A DNA stretch of 63,086 nt, filler included, from Octopus bimaculoides (lineage: Eukaryota): NCBI RefSeq assembly GCF_001194135.2. It is 4 parts of 3 records of this genome, joined end to end, with 100 filler letters (N's around TTAATTAATTAA, not from the genome) between each part and the next. Parts side by side here need not be neighbours in the genome. Positions count along the whole stretch, not along the records: positions 42,267 to 53,181 come from NC_068982.1; positions 53,282 to 63,086 come from NC_068988.1; 2 more parts are not named here. One strand, given 5' to 3'. Below are positions 42,496 through 55,708 of this stretch, one piece after another (within the stretch, counting starts at the first letter, position 1; every line of letters starts with the position of its first letter). The notes under the pieces are model-generated. The model was not told where the DNA came from and made no database searches. It saw only the letters and a program-made list of their open reading frames with translations. A program made the position numbers and the translations under genes.

Positions 42496-43011
42496 TATAA
42501 CGTGCATTTCAGAAATTTTGAAACTTTTATAGGAGAGGCATTTATTAATTTCAAAGAAGTGCAAAACTCTAATTTCTGTCAGAGTAGGATCCACTGACTT
42601 TAGTACACTTGTAATGCTCCAGCCATTTCGTGAAGAAACTATAGAAGTCCTCCAAAGTGAAGGTGTCACATCTTCTTTCATCTTCACAACGACTGTTCCT
42701 GAGGGTCTTCTTCGGCTTTGCGATCAACCAAAATCACAGGGTGTAAGGTCTGGACTGCAGAGAGGACGTGGGGAAGTTTTGGTGCTCATCTCTGTCAGGT
42801 ATTTGGTTGCCAGGGTCGAATTGTGACAAGTAGTGTTTAGCAGGGTGTGCTCAAAGAGCTGTTATAGCCGTTCCCTTCAATCTTGAATAACAAAAGTTGA
42901 CAGGCCAGCTTATTAGATGTACAGTAATAATGTATTAAAATTACAATAAGCTAGGACAATTGTAACTTGCCTCTCCTAAAAAAACTCAAAACTTCTGGAA
43001 TGCACCTTGTA
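42496..43011 (-). mobile_element. Internally deleted mariner/Tc1 element with both TIRs and TA flanks
   Basis: TIRs of about 43 bp (42498-42540; 42968-43009), TA on both sides. The minus strand encodes the degenerate SPDLTPCDF motif (YSPDLAPCDF) at about 42731-42757. Confidence 0.8.
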
Positions 43012-43043
<32 letters not shown>

Positions 43044-43424
43044 CGTATATTTATAAGTATGTATGTATATATACATGTATATGTATGTATATATACATGT
43101 ATATGTATGTATGCATTAATACACACACAAACACATATCTTTCAGCAAAGTATCATACATCACTGAAGAGGGTTAATTAGTCCGAGACGTGTCGAGAGTT
43201 GTCACCGTTCGTATCAAAGATCAGATTCACTCTCTTTAACTAATTTCAATCAAAATTAGGGGATTGGTTCCCTTGCCTTTCTTTACCAGAATTAAAAAAC
43301 AAAACTTTTTTTTTATTTTGCTTCCTTCTCATCACAAGACTCATGACATTAAGTATGTTAATATCGACTTTACTATTTGTATTTTATGCTGAAGCATCAC
43401 TGGGTAATACCTTCCTACCTGTCC

Positions 43425-43620
43425 TTCACTTCCGACCACCACCACCACCACCAACGCTGCCACCTCCACCACCTGCACTTCAGCACCATCACCACCACCA
43501 CTGCCGCCGCCACCATCACCACCACCACTGCCGCCGCCACCATCACCACCACACACACACATATNNNNNNNNNNATCACCACCACCACTGCCGCCGCCAC
43601 CATCACCACCACACACACAC
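43425..43620 (+). repeat. (CAC/CCG)n low-complexity tract; similar (ACC)n tracts at 44580-44845 and 44985-45185
   Basis: Directly visible trinucleotide degenerate repeats. These create the spurious poly-His/Thr/Pro ORFs. Confidence 0.85.
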
Positions 43621-43775
43621 ATATATATATAACCTATATCACAAGCGTTTTTCAAATCTCACGTTCTCTTTCTCTTGCTTTCTTTCCTTCCCTCCTCACT
43701 CACCTGTCTCACAACACCTGCCACCTACCTGAGCATTGTGCCACACTCTGTCTTTCTCACTCCTTCTCTCCTTTA

Positions 43776-43814
<39 letters not shown>

Positions 43815-44366
43815 TTCCTTCTTTCTCAGTGTTTGTCTCTTACACTTTCCACTCTACTTCATACAACTTTAATAAAACAAGATCCTTCTCTCATTATTAG
43901 AAAACACTCCTGCTGTGTGAAAACCCCCCCCCACTCCCACCAAACACACACACAAGTACAGAAAAGGTATCTATATATATATATACATATATATAAACAA
44001 TATATGAGTATATGCGTATATATGTACATGTATGTATATACGTTCATCTACATGTGCATATAGATACATAACTGGGTACATGACGTGGCAAAAGAACATG
44101 GACAAAATGGTAAACAAGGTGCAACAAACAAGCAGACCACATAGAAACATCCCCTTCATCAGCTGCCACCATTAAAACTCCGGCGTTTCGAAGAATTAAG
44201 GCGGTACGCATCGTTAAAATGTTTCTTCCCACGAACACAAATTAAATTGTTTTCGTGGAGGGTAGTGGCGGACAGAAAACAAGACAGGAAAACGAAACGG
44301 TGAAATAAACAAACAAACAAAAAGGCTGTACATATATATATATACACACACATACATACACTTATT

Positions 44367-44415
<49 letters not shown>

Positions 44416-45354
44416 TTACTTGTTTGTGACTGGATATATACTATATTAATAGGTCACTACAGATGCATTCACACACACACACACACGTATTGATACACCT
44501 TATTGACATCAATGAAAGTTTATAATTGATAACTGTCAATAAATCTGTCTTGCCAGTTCACACTCCTGGGGCTTACACTTTCACCACCAGTAACCATCAT
44601 TTCACCACCACTGCTATCAACACCACCCTTACCACCACCACCGCCACCATTACAACAACCACGCCTCCACCACCACTACCCCCACCAGTAACCATCATTT
44701 CACCACCACTGCTATCAACACCACCACCACCACCACTACCACCACCACTATTTCAACAACCATGCCTCCACCACCACTACCCCCACCAGTAACCATCATT
44801 TCACCACCACTGCTATCAACACCATCCTTACCACCACCATTATTACTAATATCCTCTTAAAGGAAACATCGAAAATGTTTTGAGTTTCCAAGCACATAGG
44901 TAAAAAAATTGGATGGTCACGGGTGGAATACATATGGTCAAAGTTCTTCTTGTCAGAGCTATAGTGAGGCTACATAACTGCCAACCGACACCAACACCAA
45001 CACCACTACCTTGTAAAAAAAATCTACTACTACTACTACTACTTCTACTACCTACAACCATCGCCACCACCACCACCACCATAAACATTTCTACTTTCCC
45101 AAGCAACGAGCCAACTTGTTGAACACAACAAAAAGTACAGCCTTAACAACAGCAGCAGCAGCAACAGCAACAACAACAACAACAGACGTGATAATGACAG
45201 ACTGTAATGCGACACAAACACAGACGCACGCATATACGGACTTGCAAAAGGGAGGAACAAACCTGAAGGCGACAAGAAACTTCGAAGTTACTGCCAAGAT
45301 TTTTTTTCCTTGTAAAGATTATATATAAATATGAATAAAAATATAAATATGTAG

Positions 45355-45508
45355 GCGCAGGCGTTACTCCGTGGTAAGAAGCTTGCTTCCCAACCACAAG
45401 GGTTGGTCCCTCTGCGTGGCACCTTGGGCAAGTATCTTCTAGCTTCGAGCCGACTAAAGCCTTGTGTGTCGATTTCGAAGAAGAAAATAAGCCTGTCCTA
45501 CATATCTA

Positions 45509-45540
<32 letters not shown>

Positions 45541-45775
45541 CCTACCTACCTACCTACCTACCTACCTGTCTGTCTGTCTGTCTATCTATTTATCTATCTA
45601 TCTATCTGTGTGTGTGTGATAACCGGTGTTGGTGTGTTTTCGTGCCCGTAATTTAGCGATTCGGCAAAAGAGACCGAATAGACCTTAAACAAAAAGTAAT
45701 GTGGTCAATTCGTTCGACTAAAGTTCTTCAAGGCAGTGCCCCAGCATGGCCGCAGTCTAATGACTGAAACAAAGA
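45355..45775 (+). mobile_element. tRNA-like SINE, family B (internal microsatellite)
   Basis: ggcgcaggcgttactccgtggtaagaagcttgcttcccaaccac...ggcaccttgggcaagtatcttct...gtgccccagcatggccgcagtctaatgactgaaaca. Confidence 0.8.
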
Positions 45776-46899
45776 AAAAAGTGTGTGTGTACACAAATTC
45801 ATAAACCCTTACACGTGATCGTTTGGCCTGCTAGAAACAACAGCAATATTCACTTCCAGTTACATCCTCTAACACAAAGACGGAGTACGTACGATTGAAA
45901 AGCCCTTCATCATAGGGCCAGCTTAGTAAAGGCCGACACGGAGCTAAACAATATACATACATATAAAGCAGGTCGAAACTTCGAGGTCACTATCACCACT
46001 ATTCTTACAAATGTATAATAAATATCTATTCTACAAAAAAGTATGCTGTAATCCACCAGCTTCATGTTAAATTTTTATATATACCTCTATATAAAACCAA
46101 ACATTAATATATATGTATTTATGTATGTATATATACATACATATATTCAACTTCCGCCACCTTTATCACGACAGCGACAACGACCACAGCACTGCCACCA
46201 ACAACAATCACAACATCAGCAGCAGCACTGTCAAGCAATTATGCAAGCTTATAATTGTATAGTAAGTCGACTCATGTGGCGCTAGGTCTATGTATACGAC
46301 GGATGTAATGTATGTACCCGCAGACGTTTGAAGGACTACATTATGGATGTAAATATATACCCACCCGAGTTGAAAGGACTTACCCACGTTTACCGGATAC
46401 CATAGCTGAGAAAAATGGCAGGTAAGTTTGTGAGGTAAATTGGCCCACAAAAATACTGTTTTCTTCACCCGCTCTTTCAACACACCTGTTTAGGGTGTTT
46501 AGTTATAATTAAATAATAATGTGTGTTATCATTAAATGATGTGTGTGTGTGTGTGTAGGGTCTCTGAGAGAAATTTTAAAGGCGAAACAAAACTACTCCC
46601 AGACGGTCATTTCAAGTAAAAGGAGGGTTATAAGGTTTTATTTTTAGGGTAAAGAGTGGGACTACCAGATACATACGGGCCTTATTTTTGGCTCCCCGGG
46701 CGCCTAAGACCCTCTTATAGGTCCTGTGTGTGTATACACACAAATACCTGTGCATATATATGTATGTATATCTGGATATATGTATACACGCCGAGACATA
46801 TTTAGAATGTATGTGTAAATACGTGTGTGTATGTGTATACTTATTATATACACATGCGTATGTACGTGCGTGTATATGTATTTATTTATGTATGTATGA

Positions 46900-47200
46900 G
46901 ACGTGTATCCTAGTGGTTAGGGTGTTAAATTCACGATCGCGAGACCGTGGGTTCGATTCCTGGACTTGGCAGTGTGTTGTGTTCTTGAGCAAAACACTTC
47001 ATTTCACCGTTGCTCTGGGATCACTTCGACGTCTGACATGTGGCACATCTGTACAGGCAATGTCGATTTGATGGAGGGAGTGAGCTTATATACAGCTCAA
47101 ATTTTCGATCACTACAAACAAATCGTCTGTCTGTACAGGTTGTTCAACAACAAATTGCAGAACACTCATCTGTCGTCTACGATAGGAGTGTTCATGCATA
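46900..47200 (+). mobile_element. tRNA-like SINE, family D (head of a related copy at 54850-54930, minus strand)
   Basis: ctagtggttagggtgtt...gggttcgattcctggac (A/B boxes)...gttcttgagcaaaacacttcatttcac. Confidence 0.75.
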
Positions 47201-47224
47201 TATCATCATCATCATCATCATCAA

Positions 47225-47900
47225 GTGTGGCAGTGTGGTAAGAAGCTCGCTTCTCAACTACATGGTTCCGGGTTGAGCCCCACTATGTGACACCTTGGGA
47301 GAGTGTCTTCTACTATAACCTCGGGCCAACCCAAAGCCTTGTAAGTGGAGTTGGGCGGAGATAAAAAAATACGCACACCACCTGTTTTCGGCGTAACAAA
47401 AACACTAACCCTAAACACCTGGTGTGCGTATTCTTTACTTTCGCCTTAGATTTGGTAGACGGAAACTGAAAGAAGCCCGTCGTATATATATATATATGTG
47501 TGTGTATGTATGTATGTATGTGTGAGTGTGTGTGTGTGTGTGTATGTATGTATATATATATATNNNNNNNNNNTATGTGTGTGTATGTATGTATGTGTGT
47601 GTGTGTGTGTATGTATGTATATATATATATATATATACACATGTATGTGTGTATGTATATATATATATATATATATATACACATGTATGTGTGTATATAT
47701 ATATATATATATATGTATGTATAGCCATAGATATATATATATGGGTGTGTGTACCTTTGTGTCTGTGTTTGTCCCCATCACCGTTTGGCAACCACCGTTG
47801 GTGTTTACGTCTCCCTAACCTAGCAGCGACCAATAGAATAAATACTAGGGTTAAAAAAAAACCCTGGGGTCGATTTGTTCGACTGAATCAAGTAAAAGAA
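47225..47900 (+). mobile_element. SINE family B with nested MITE and expanded internal microsatellite
   Basis: gtggcagtgtggtaagaagctcgc...tttggtagacggaaactgaaagaagcccgtcg...cctggggtcgatttgttcgact. Confidence 0.8.
47354..47445. mobile_element. 92-bp MITE (Tourist/PIF-like) inserted in a SINE
   Basis: TIRs ggcggagataaaaaaatacgcacacca / tggtgtgcgtattctttactttcgcc, flanks TTG/TTA. It interrupts the SINE consensus ...gtgga|tttggtagac... Confidence 0.65.
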
Positions 47901-49371
47901 TAAAAGAATCGTCATCATCATTTGAGGTCCGTCTTCCATGCTGGTATGATTTGGACAGTTTGACAGGAGCTAGATTAGTAAGTCACACTAAATATATTCA
48001 TACACACACACACACGATGTATTGATACCCACACCCGATTGACATCAATGAAAGCTTATAGTGATAACTGTCAATAAATTTGTCTAGTTAGTTAACACTA
48101 TTCCTAAGGTTAACGCTTTCACCCCCCCCCCCGTCACCATCATTGCTGCCAAGCTCTATCTGCTTTGGCATGGTTTCTACGGTCGGATGCCCTTCCTAAC
48201 GCCTACAACTTTACAGAGTGTACTGGGTGCTTTTTTTACGTGGCACCAGCAGCAGTGAGGTCGCCAAACGATTTACAAGACATGAAGCCTTCCCTCTCAT
48301 ATGAAGGGTGGGAGTAGTATTGAGGATGGCAGCTTTGTTGCTGGTGAGATGTTAGAGTATGAGTAGTGGGGCAGAAGTAGGCGTCTTGCTATAAAGGAGA
48401 TACATGGCTACTTCTGTTGGAGAGAAAAGAGAAAGAGAGAGAGAGAGAGGGATACAGAAGGGACAGAAGATGGTGAAGATACGACGGTGGGGGATACACT
48501 CAAATTACAGGGAGGTGTGCATAAATAGAGTAGGACCAAAAATTGGATAGGGTGAGTGGGTAGTTAAGTTCGCAAGATTGCGGAAGAAGTGCAGCGCGGT
48601 GGAAGGGGAGAAGTTATCAAGAGGCTATGTTGTGAGGAAGAGTCAAAGGGGGATATTAGGAGACAGATGGGAGAGGAGTATAACGCATGGTGAGCACGGG
48701 TTGGAGGAGGGGGAGGCGTTGGCAAGATGGGATATGGGGCAGAGGTTTGTCAGAGACGACAAATCTCCGAACGGTGGGGGTGGCGCATGGATATAAAGGA
48801 CATGCCTTTCTGGCTTCGATTTTACTTAGCTGGACAGGTCTTCTCAAGCACAGCAAATCGCCAACTACCTCGGTCTTTTTGTCATGTCTGTGCGTCTCAG
48901 CTTTAGATCAATTTTCATCACACATCCTACATATTCCTAGATCTTTCTCTCAACGTGTGTCTATATATATATATATATATGTTTGTATACGTGTGAGTGT
49001 GTTTATAAGTCTTTAATTTTATATATATAATATAAATATAATATATATAATGTGTGTATATATATATATACACACTGAATCGTGGCAAGGTATGGAAGGT
49101 TTTCGGAGGACCGGAGAGATTATGTCTGGGTGGAGAATTATACGAGGTATAGTACTATACAGAATACCGAAAGGATCTTCACCTCTTACATCACACCTTT
49201 CTTCCTACTTCAACGCCGAGGTGGTATAATTTCCTGGGAGAGAAATAATTTTGCGGCTGAGGATAGCTTTACATTGTAAATTATACACATATTATATTAT
49301 ACACATGTAAAGCTTGAAACACGTGTACCGCGGAATCCTTTGTAATTTTGTTGTTATTTTTTGGATTTACA

Positions 49372-49422
<51 letters not shown>

Positions 49423-49539
49423 CTGAAAAACTGCAACTTTACTTTCTGGAGCGAAGTCGCGACAGGTATGTAATAATTTTACGTGTGGAAAGCACTAGAA
49501 AGGCTAATACCTAATTCCGGCATTAAGTGTTATACAAAT

Positions 49540-49830
49540 GCAAGAACTAGACGCCATTGTATTGTACCAAAGGTACCATCCACTCCATTTAAATTCAGGA
49601 CTGCCATAGCCTAGGGTTCAAAAACCCACAGCTCTCCAATGCCCTGCCACAAGAATTAAGAAATCTGCATAAGGTGGAAGTAGATGTCTGCAAAAAGGAA
49701 CTAGATATCGTTTCCACAATGCCGGATGAACCAACAGCGCAACATGAAGTACAGACCGGGTCAGCTGAATCAAACCCACTTATACAACAAATGCGCCAAC
49801 AGCTGGGACCGCTGCCGTATGGTTGAAACG
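49540..49830 (+). mobile_element. CR1/L2-like LINE 3' end
   Basis: Translates LGFKNPQLSNALPQELRNLHKVEVDVCKKELDIVSTMPDEP, similar to the GPxLFNxLPxxIRN...FKxxLD..PDEP terminus. Confidence 0.7.
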
Positions 49831-50861
49831 AGTAAAAGAGTAAGAGTACACACACGCGCGTATAATGTTGAAAGGAAGAAAATGGAGAATTATGAATGGT
49901 TAAATAGTTAATTTGTATGATATAATGAAGTTGAACATTTTTATATCTACTACATATACGGGAAATTCTGTCTGTGGATGTGTTTGTAGAGTTGTTAGCT
50001 AACTCCCTCCTACATCGTTTTATCGATTTTGATGAAACTGACACGTGAGTAGAACTTATGTCTTGAAACCTCATGGCATACTCAGATTGTTGAAAAAATG
50101 GATAATAAGGCCCCTGGAAAGGATCCTTATATATATCTAATATTTTATTTTAAAAACCAAGGGAAATAACCCATTCACCCTTGGAAGGGATCCTTATATA
50201 TAGCCAAGGGAAATAACTCATTCATTTTCCTAAATTATTTGGTAAAAATGCAATTGAGTATGCTTATTTCTTAGTATTTGAAATGTCAGAGTTATTTTCG
50301 CAACTTATCCAGTACAACACTTAAACAAGTAAATAGTATTTTCCTAAACAATAGGTCCACTTATTTCGGTTAGTGACTCATTCACGAATATACCAACACT
50401 AGCATCCCTGAGGGTAATATTCTCTGGGAACGCACAAAAGCCCTTTTCAAAATTATTTACTTTGAATTGTTATTATCTCATATCTGATTAGCCTGTTATC
50501 ACGTAACATGCTTCACGATTTTAGTATACATACCTTATTAGTATTTCCTCCTATGTTCTATATACTCTGGGAATACATTAAAGCCCTTTTCGGGACTACT
50601 TTATTTGAATTCTTATTATCGAGTAACTAATTTCATGTTATTACATAACTGACTTCACAATTTGGGAGTTCTTAACTTATTGGGAATTCCTAAAAACAAG
50701 ATCCTGTGTAAGATAGTTCTGTATTCTCTGTAAATGCACAAAAACCGCTTTAAGGGCTACATACTTTATATTGTTGTTATTGGGTAAGCGAAACAATTAT
50801 GAGAACGGAACCAAGGGATAAGCCCCGATTTCCCGAGAATTACCGGGCACATCAGCTAGTC

Positions 50862-50897
<36 letters not shown>

Positions 50898-51147
50898 NNN
50901 NNNNNNNNNNNNNNNNNNNNNNNNNNNNNNNNNNNNNNNNNNNNNNNNNNNNNNNNNNNNNNNNNNNNNNNNNNNNNNNNNNNNNNNNNNNNNNNNNNNN
51001 NNNNNNNNNNNNNNNNNNNNNNNNNNNNNNNNNNNNNNNNNNNNNNNNNNNNNNNNNNNNNNNNNNNNNNNNNNNNNNNNNNNNNNNNNNNNNNNNNNNN
51101 NNNNNNNNNNNNNNNNNNNNNNNNNNNNNNNNNNNNNNNNNNNNNNN

Positions 51148-52130
51148 ATTAAAATTATAATTAAGGGTGTCTAAAAGATACCATCATGCTAGAAATAGCA
51201 GTCAAAACTTCACTCTAAAACCAAATCAAGTATTCATACAGCACCAAGAGAAAAGACAAATAGACAAACTAGCAAAAAATTATTGGATAATCCCAGATCT
51301 AGATTTCTGGCTTTGCATAAAAATATACTCTGTCTCATCAGTGGGATATACACAGATAGTACATAAATACAAATATATTTGTATATATATACAACATAGA
51401 ATACTTACATATACGCACGTATACACACATACATATGCACACGACCGGTTTAATTACCCGTCCAAACTCCACGTGTTATATGGTCAAAATATAACCGCAG
51501 TGAATATAATGACGAAGTAAATATATAAATTTATATAAATAAGGACTAGCTGGTGTACCCGGTAATTCCTAGGGATAAAGTCGTTCTATTGAAACGCATT
51601 AATACTCTGATATAAGAAAGCAATTTCATTATAACTGCCACAAACTGTATTTTCCATCGCGAAAAAGTACAAAAAAAAACTGTCGGCTGGAGGAGGGAGA
51701 GATTTTCGGAGGTTGGCGAGAAAGGTTTTCGGAGGTTGGCGAGAAAGGTTTTCGGAGGTTGGCGAGAGAGGTTTTCGGAGGTTGGCGAGAGAGATTTTCG
51801 GAGGTTGGCGAGAAAGGTTTTCGGAGGTTGGCGTGAAAGTACTTTGACTCGTCGTGGCATTTTAAACATGAACTTTATGAAGGCTAATTTATTAAAGGTA
51901 ATATATAAATGTAGTATATACGAATATAAACATAGGAATGAAGTGTTTAATGTTTAAGAATGAAATGAAGAAAGTGCAATAATAATGTTCACACTCGCTG
52001 ATGGTCGCTCTCAGGAACTGCCTTTAGCTTACGGAGTTCTTGTTTTTATAACTATCGAAAAGCAGCCAGAAGGATGGACGTATAGTTGAGAACAAATGAT
52101 TTCGAAAATACCCTTAATTATAATTTTAAT
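51148..52130. repeat. About 1-kb segment bounded by a perfect 21-bp inverted repeat
   Basis: attaaaattataattaagggt (51148-51168) and its exact reverse complement (52110-52130). The left copy abuts an N gap. Confidence 0.5.
51697..51836 (+). repeat. 23-bp minisatellite (TTTTCGGAGGTTGGCGAGAAAGG) x6
   Basis: Directly visible head-to-tail array without spacers. Confidence 0.9.
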
Positions 52131-53120
52131 AATAATTATTACCTATAAGGTTTTTATTCTCATGCTGGCCACTTGATATGAACGGTANNNNNNNNNNNNN
52201 NNNNNNNNNNNNNNNNNNNNNNNNNNNNNNNNNNNNNNNNNNNNNNNNNNNNNNNNNNNNNNNNNNNNNNNNNNNNNNNNNNNNNNNNNNNNNNNNNNNN
52301 NNNNNNNNNNNNNNNNNNNNNNNNNNNNNNNNNNNNNNNNNNNNNNNNNNNNNNNNNNNNNNNNNNNNNNNNNNNNNNNNNNNNNNNNNNNNNNNNNNNN
52401 NNNNNNNNNNNNNNNNNNNNNNNNNNNNNNNNNNNNNNNNNNNNNNNNNNNNNNNNNNNNNNNNNNNNNNNNNNNNNNNNNNNNNNNNNNNNNNNNNNNN
52501 NNNNNNNNNNNNNNNNNNNNNNNNNNNNNNNNNNNNNNNNNNNNNNNNNNNNNNNNNNNNNNNNNNNNNNNNNNNNNNNNNNNNNNNNNNNNNNNNNNNN
52601 NNNNNNNNNNNNNNNNNNNNNNNNNNNNNNNNNNNNNNNNNNNNNNNNNNNNNNNNNNNNNNNNNNNNNNNNNNNNNNNNNNNNNNNNNNNNNNNNNNNN
52701 NNNNNNNNNNNATATATATTATGGAGACAATGATGAAAATAAACAAATAAAACTACTTGGTTTGATGTACAAAATATATATATATACAGGTGTACATGTA
52801 AATAGAGAGAAATCAAAGATTGAAAATGTTAAGACGATGAGTATTCAAGTGCAAATGTATATGTAGATATTTATATATTATCAGAGAAAACTTACACAGC
52901 GTACAAATACATGGAAAAGTAAAGAAGAGAAGGTATTGTGTTACAAGTCCGACAGCTGTTTCTGGAGGTTCGGAGTTACATCATAATGTTGACAGATGAA
53001 GTTCACCGGAATATGTAATCAGTAATGGAAGCAAATAAACATTAAATAGATTCGACCTCTGTCTTCAGGGTGGATAGATAAAAATCTCTCTTTACATGTA
53101 TACATACATACATACATACA

Positions 53121-53181
<61 letters not shown>

Positions 53182-53281
53182 NNNNNNNNNNNNNNNNNNN
53201 NNNNNNNNNNNNNNNNNNNNNNNNNTTAATTAATTAANNNNNNNNNNNNNNNNNNNNNNNNNNNNNNNNNNNNNNNNNNNN

Positions 53282-53359
<78 letters not shown>

Positions 53360-53593
53360 GTGTATATATACATATGTATATATTATACATATGTATATGT
53401 ATACACACGCATACATATATATACCCACACATTTATATGGCTATATACATGTGCGCATGTATGTATGTATGTGTATACATAATGTAACTCACATGTGTGC
53501 ACATGTAAGTTACCATACATGGATATACATATATATATATATATATGGGAGAATATACAAATAATAACAACAGACGAGGACAGGTGGTGTAAA

Positions 53594-53651
<58 letters not shown>

Positions 53652-54032
53652 TACTTTATCTCTCTTCCTTGTCGGCTACTTTTGTTTGTAAAGACATAAA
53701 GACATTACGTTTATTATTATTATAATATGGATGGCAGTTAGCGTAATGGATTGATTGTCAGACACAAAAATTAATATGACATTGGGATTTTCGTAACATA
53801 AGCGACATCAGAGAGTTACCTTGCTAACAACTACTAAACCTACCAGCGTTTTTATGTTGTTGTTTTTTTGTTTTGGGTTTGTTTTTTTTTGCTTTTTGTG
53901 TTTCTTTTTGTTTCTTTTCTTCTCTCTTTCGATCGAATCTATTTTTATTGGATCTTGACGTAACAAGCCTCAATTTGATAATGATAGATGTCTATGTTAC
54001 TGTTGTTATTATTGTTATTATTATTAGTATTG

Positions 54033-54076
<44 letters not shown>

Positions 54077-54982
54077 CCAGAGAGATGTTAAAGCACTTTT
54101 CGTAATTAGCATTATACATTCATGTCACCAAACGACTGGTTGCTTGTTTTCATTTGTGTCTTATCTATCTTGTGGCAATAAATATCATATATTAATCATA
54201 TCTTTCAGTCCTTCTATTTCCTGGAGCTAGAGAGAGAGAGAGAGATAGAGTGAGAGAGAGACTTCGATACGTCAAAAAAATGATAAAACGCTGTTGGGTT
54301 TGGGTAATGGATAAAGGGAAGGAGTTCTGCTGGAATATAGAAACGAGTTTGCGACTAGGAGGTATCAACTGTCATTACCAAGCATCGAATGTTCCAACGA
54401 AAGAGCCTCCACGTGGTCGTTCAAACTGCTAAAATTAATAGACAAATCTTCTGCAAATCAAACTCTACTGTAAACAGCTTAATTTAAAACTAGTTTCAAT
54501 TTAAATCCCAATGTTTTTGTAATCGTGGCTTCTCTATATACAATATAGTGAATTATATTAATAACGTGTAGCTTTTTGTTTATGTTACAAGTATCGGAAG
54601 TCCTTCACAGGCCTACCATTGTTGGTGCTCTTTCAGTTCAAATAGTAACACGTGATTTCCATGATAATTTCCGTTTTTCATGACAGTTCTTTAAAAGGTC
54701 TTTTATTTTTTTACTTGTTTCAGTCATTGGACTGCAGCCATACTGGGACATCACCTTGAAGGGTTTTAGTCGCACAAATCAATCTCAGTCCTTATTTTTC
54801 TTTTATTCTAATGCTCTATTCTATTGTTCTTTTACTCATAAACACACACATCGCCCAGTCTGAAATTCGAACCCATGATCCCTCGACCGCAAGCCTGCTG
54901 CGCTAACTACTAGGCCATGTGCCTCCACAATGTTTTATATAGTTTTCTTTATTTNNNNNNNNNNNNNNNNNNNNNNNNNNNN

Positions 54983-55145
54983 AGATCGACCCCAGTACGC
55001 AACTAGTACTTAATTTATCGACCCCGAAAGGATGAAAGGCGAAGTCGGTGAAGTCGACCTCGGCAAAATTTGAACTCAGAACGTAACGACAAACGAAATA
55101 CCGCTAAGCATTTCGCCCGACGTGCTAACGATTCTGCCAGCTCGC
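54983..55145 (-). mobile_element. SINE family A
   Basis: aagtcgacctcggcaaaatttgaactcagaacgtaacgacaaacgaaataccgctaagcatttcgcccgacgtgctaacgattctgccagctcgc. Confidence 0.85.
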
Positions 55146-55708
55146 ATCTATAAAATGGATAAAATTCTGAAAAAGAAACATAGCTTTGACGAATGACAAT
55201 CTGATGATAAGAATGTTTTAAATGTCAGAAATTCTTGTACTTGTAATGGTAAAACCCGATCTTGTCACAAACGCGGCAGCAGATAATTTTTTTTTTTTTT
55301 TTTTTCTTGAACTGGAAATGAAAACCAACCATTACCAAATTAATGTGGTATGCAGATAGAAAATGACAAACGAATCTCTGTCTCGTAGTTAATTAAATAA
55401 ACATTTGAAAATTACAAACTTCTGTTTACAAGGAAAAGATCGTAATCATTGTAAAAGCACGTCAATAATTTCCAAAGTGTAACAGTTTCTGAAGGGGCTC
55501 AAATGACTTCTAATGAGTTATGTGAAATAATAATAGGAAGAAAAAAATGACATACTTTGGTGGAGTCAGTTATTTTGCTTGCATTCAGTTAGATTACGAT
55601 CAGTTTTGAGGATTAAGATTAATTATTAATTTGAAAAAAATTCCTCTCTCAAATGACAGTTCTACGATACTTTTTTTTACTTGTCTCAATGGTCGACAAG
55701 TATATTAT

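Noticed and set aside
43535-43625. Exact duplication either side of a 10-N gap (similar at 47564-47573)
   Set aside because: Most likely unmerged contig overlap.
51697-51836. 23-bp repeat array as a possible CRISPR
   Set aside because: No unique spacers, eukaryotic context and no cas genes. It is a plain minisatellite.
22383-53237. Recurrent TTAATTAATTAA inside N runs (22383, 42211, 53226)
   Set aside because: Identical offset in 100-nt gaps marks it as an artificial scaffolding spacer, not biology.
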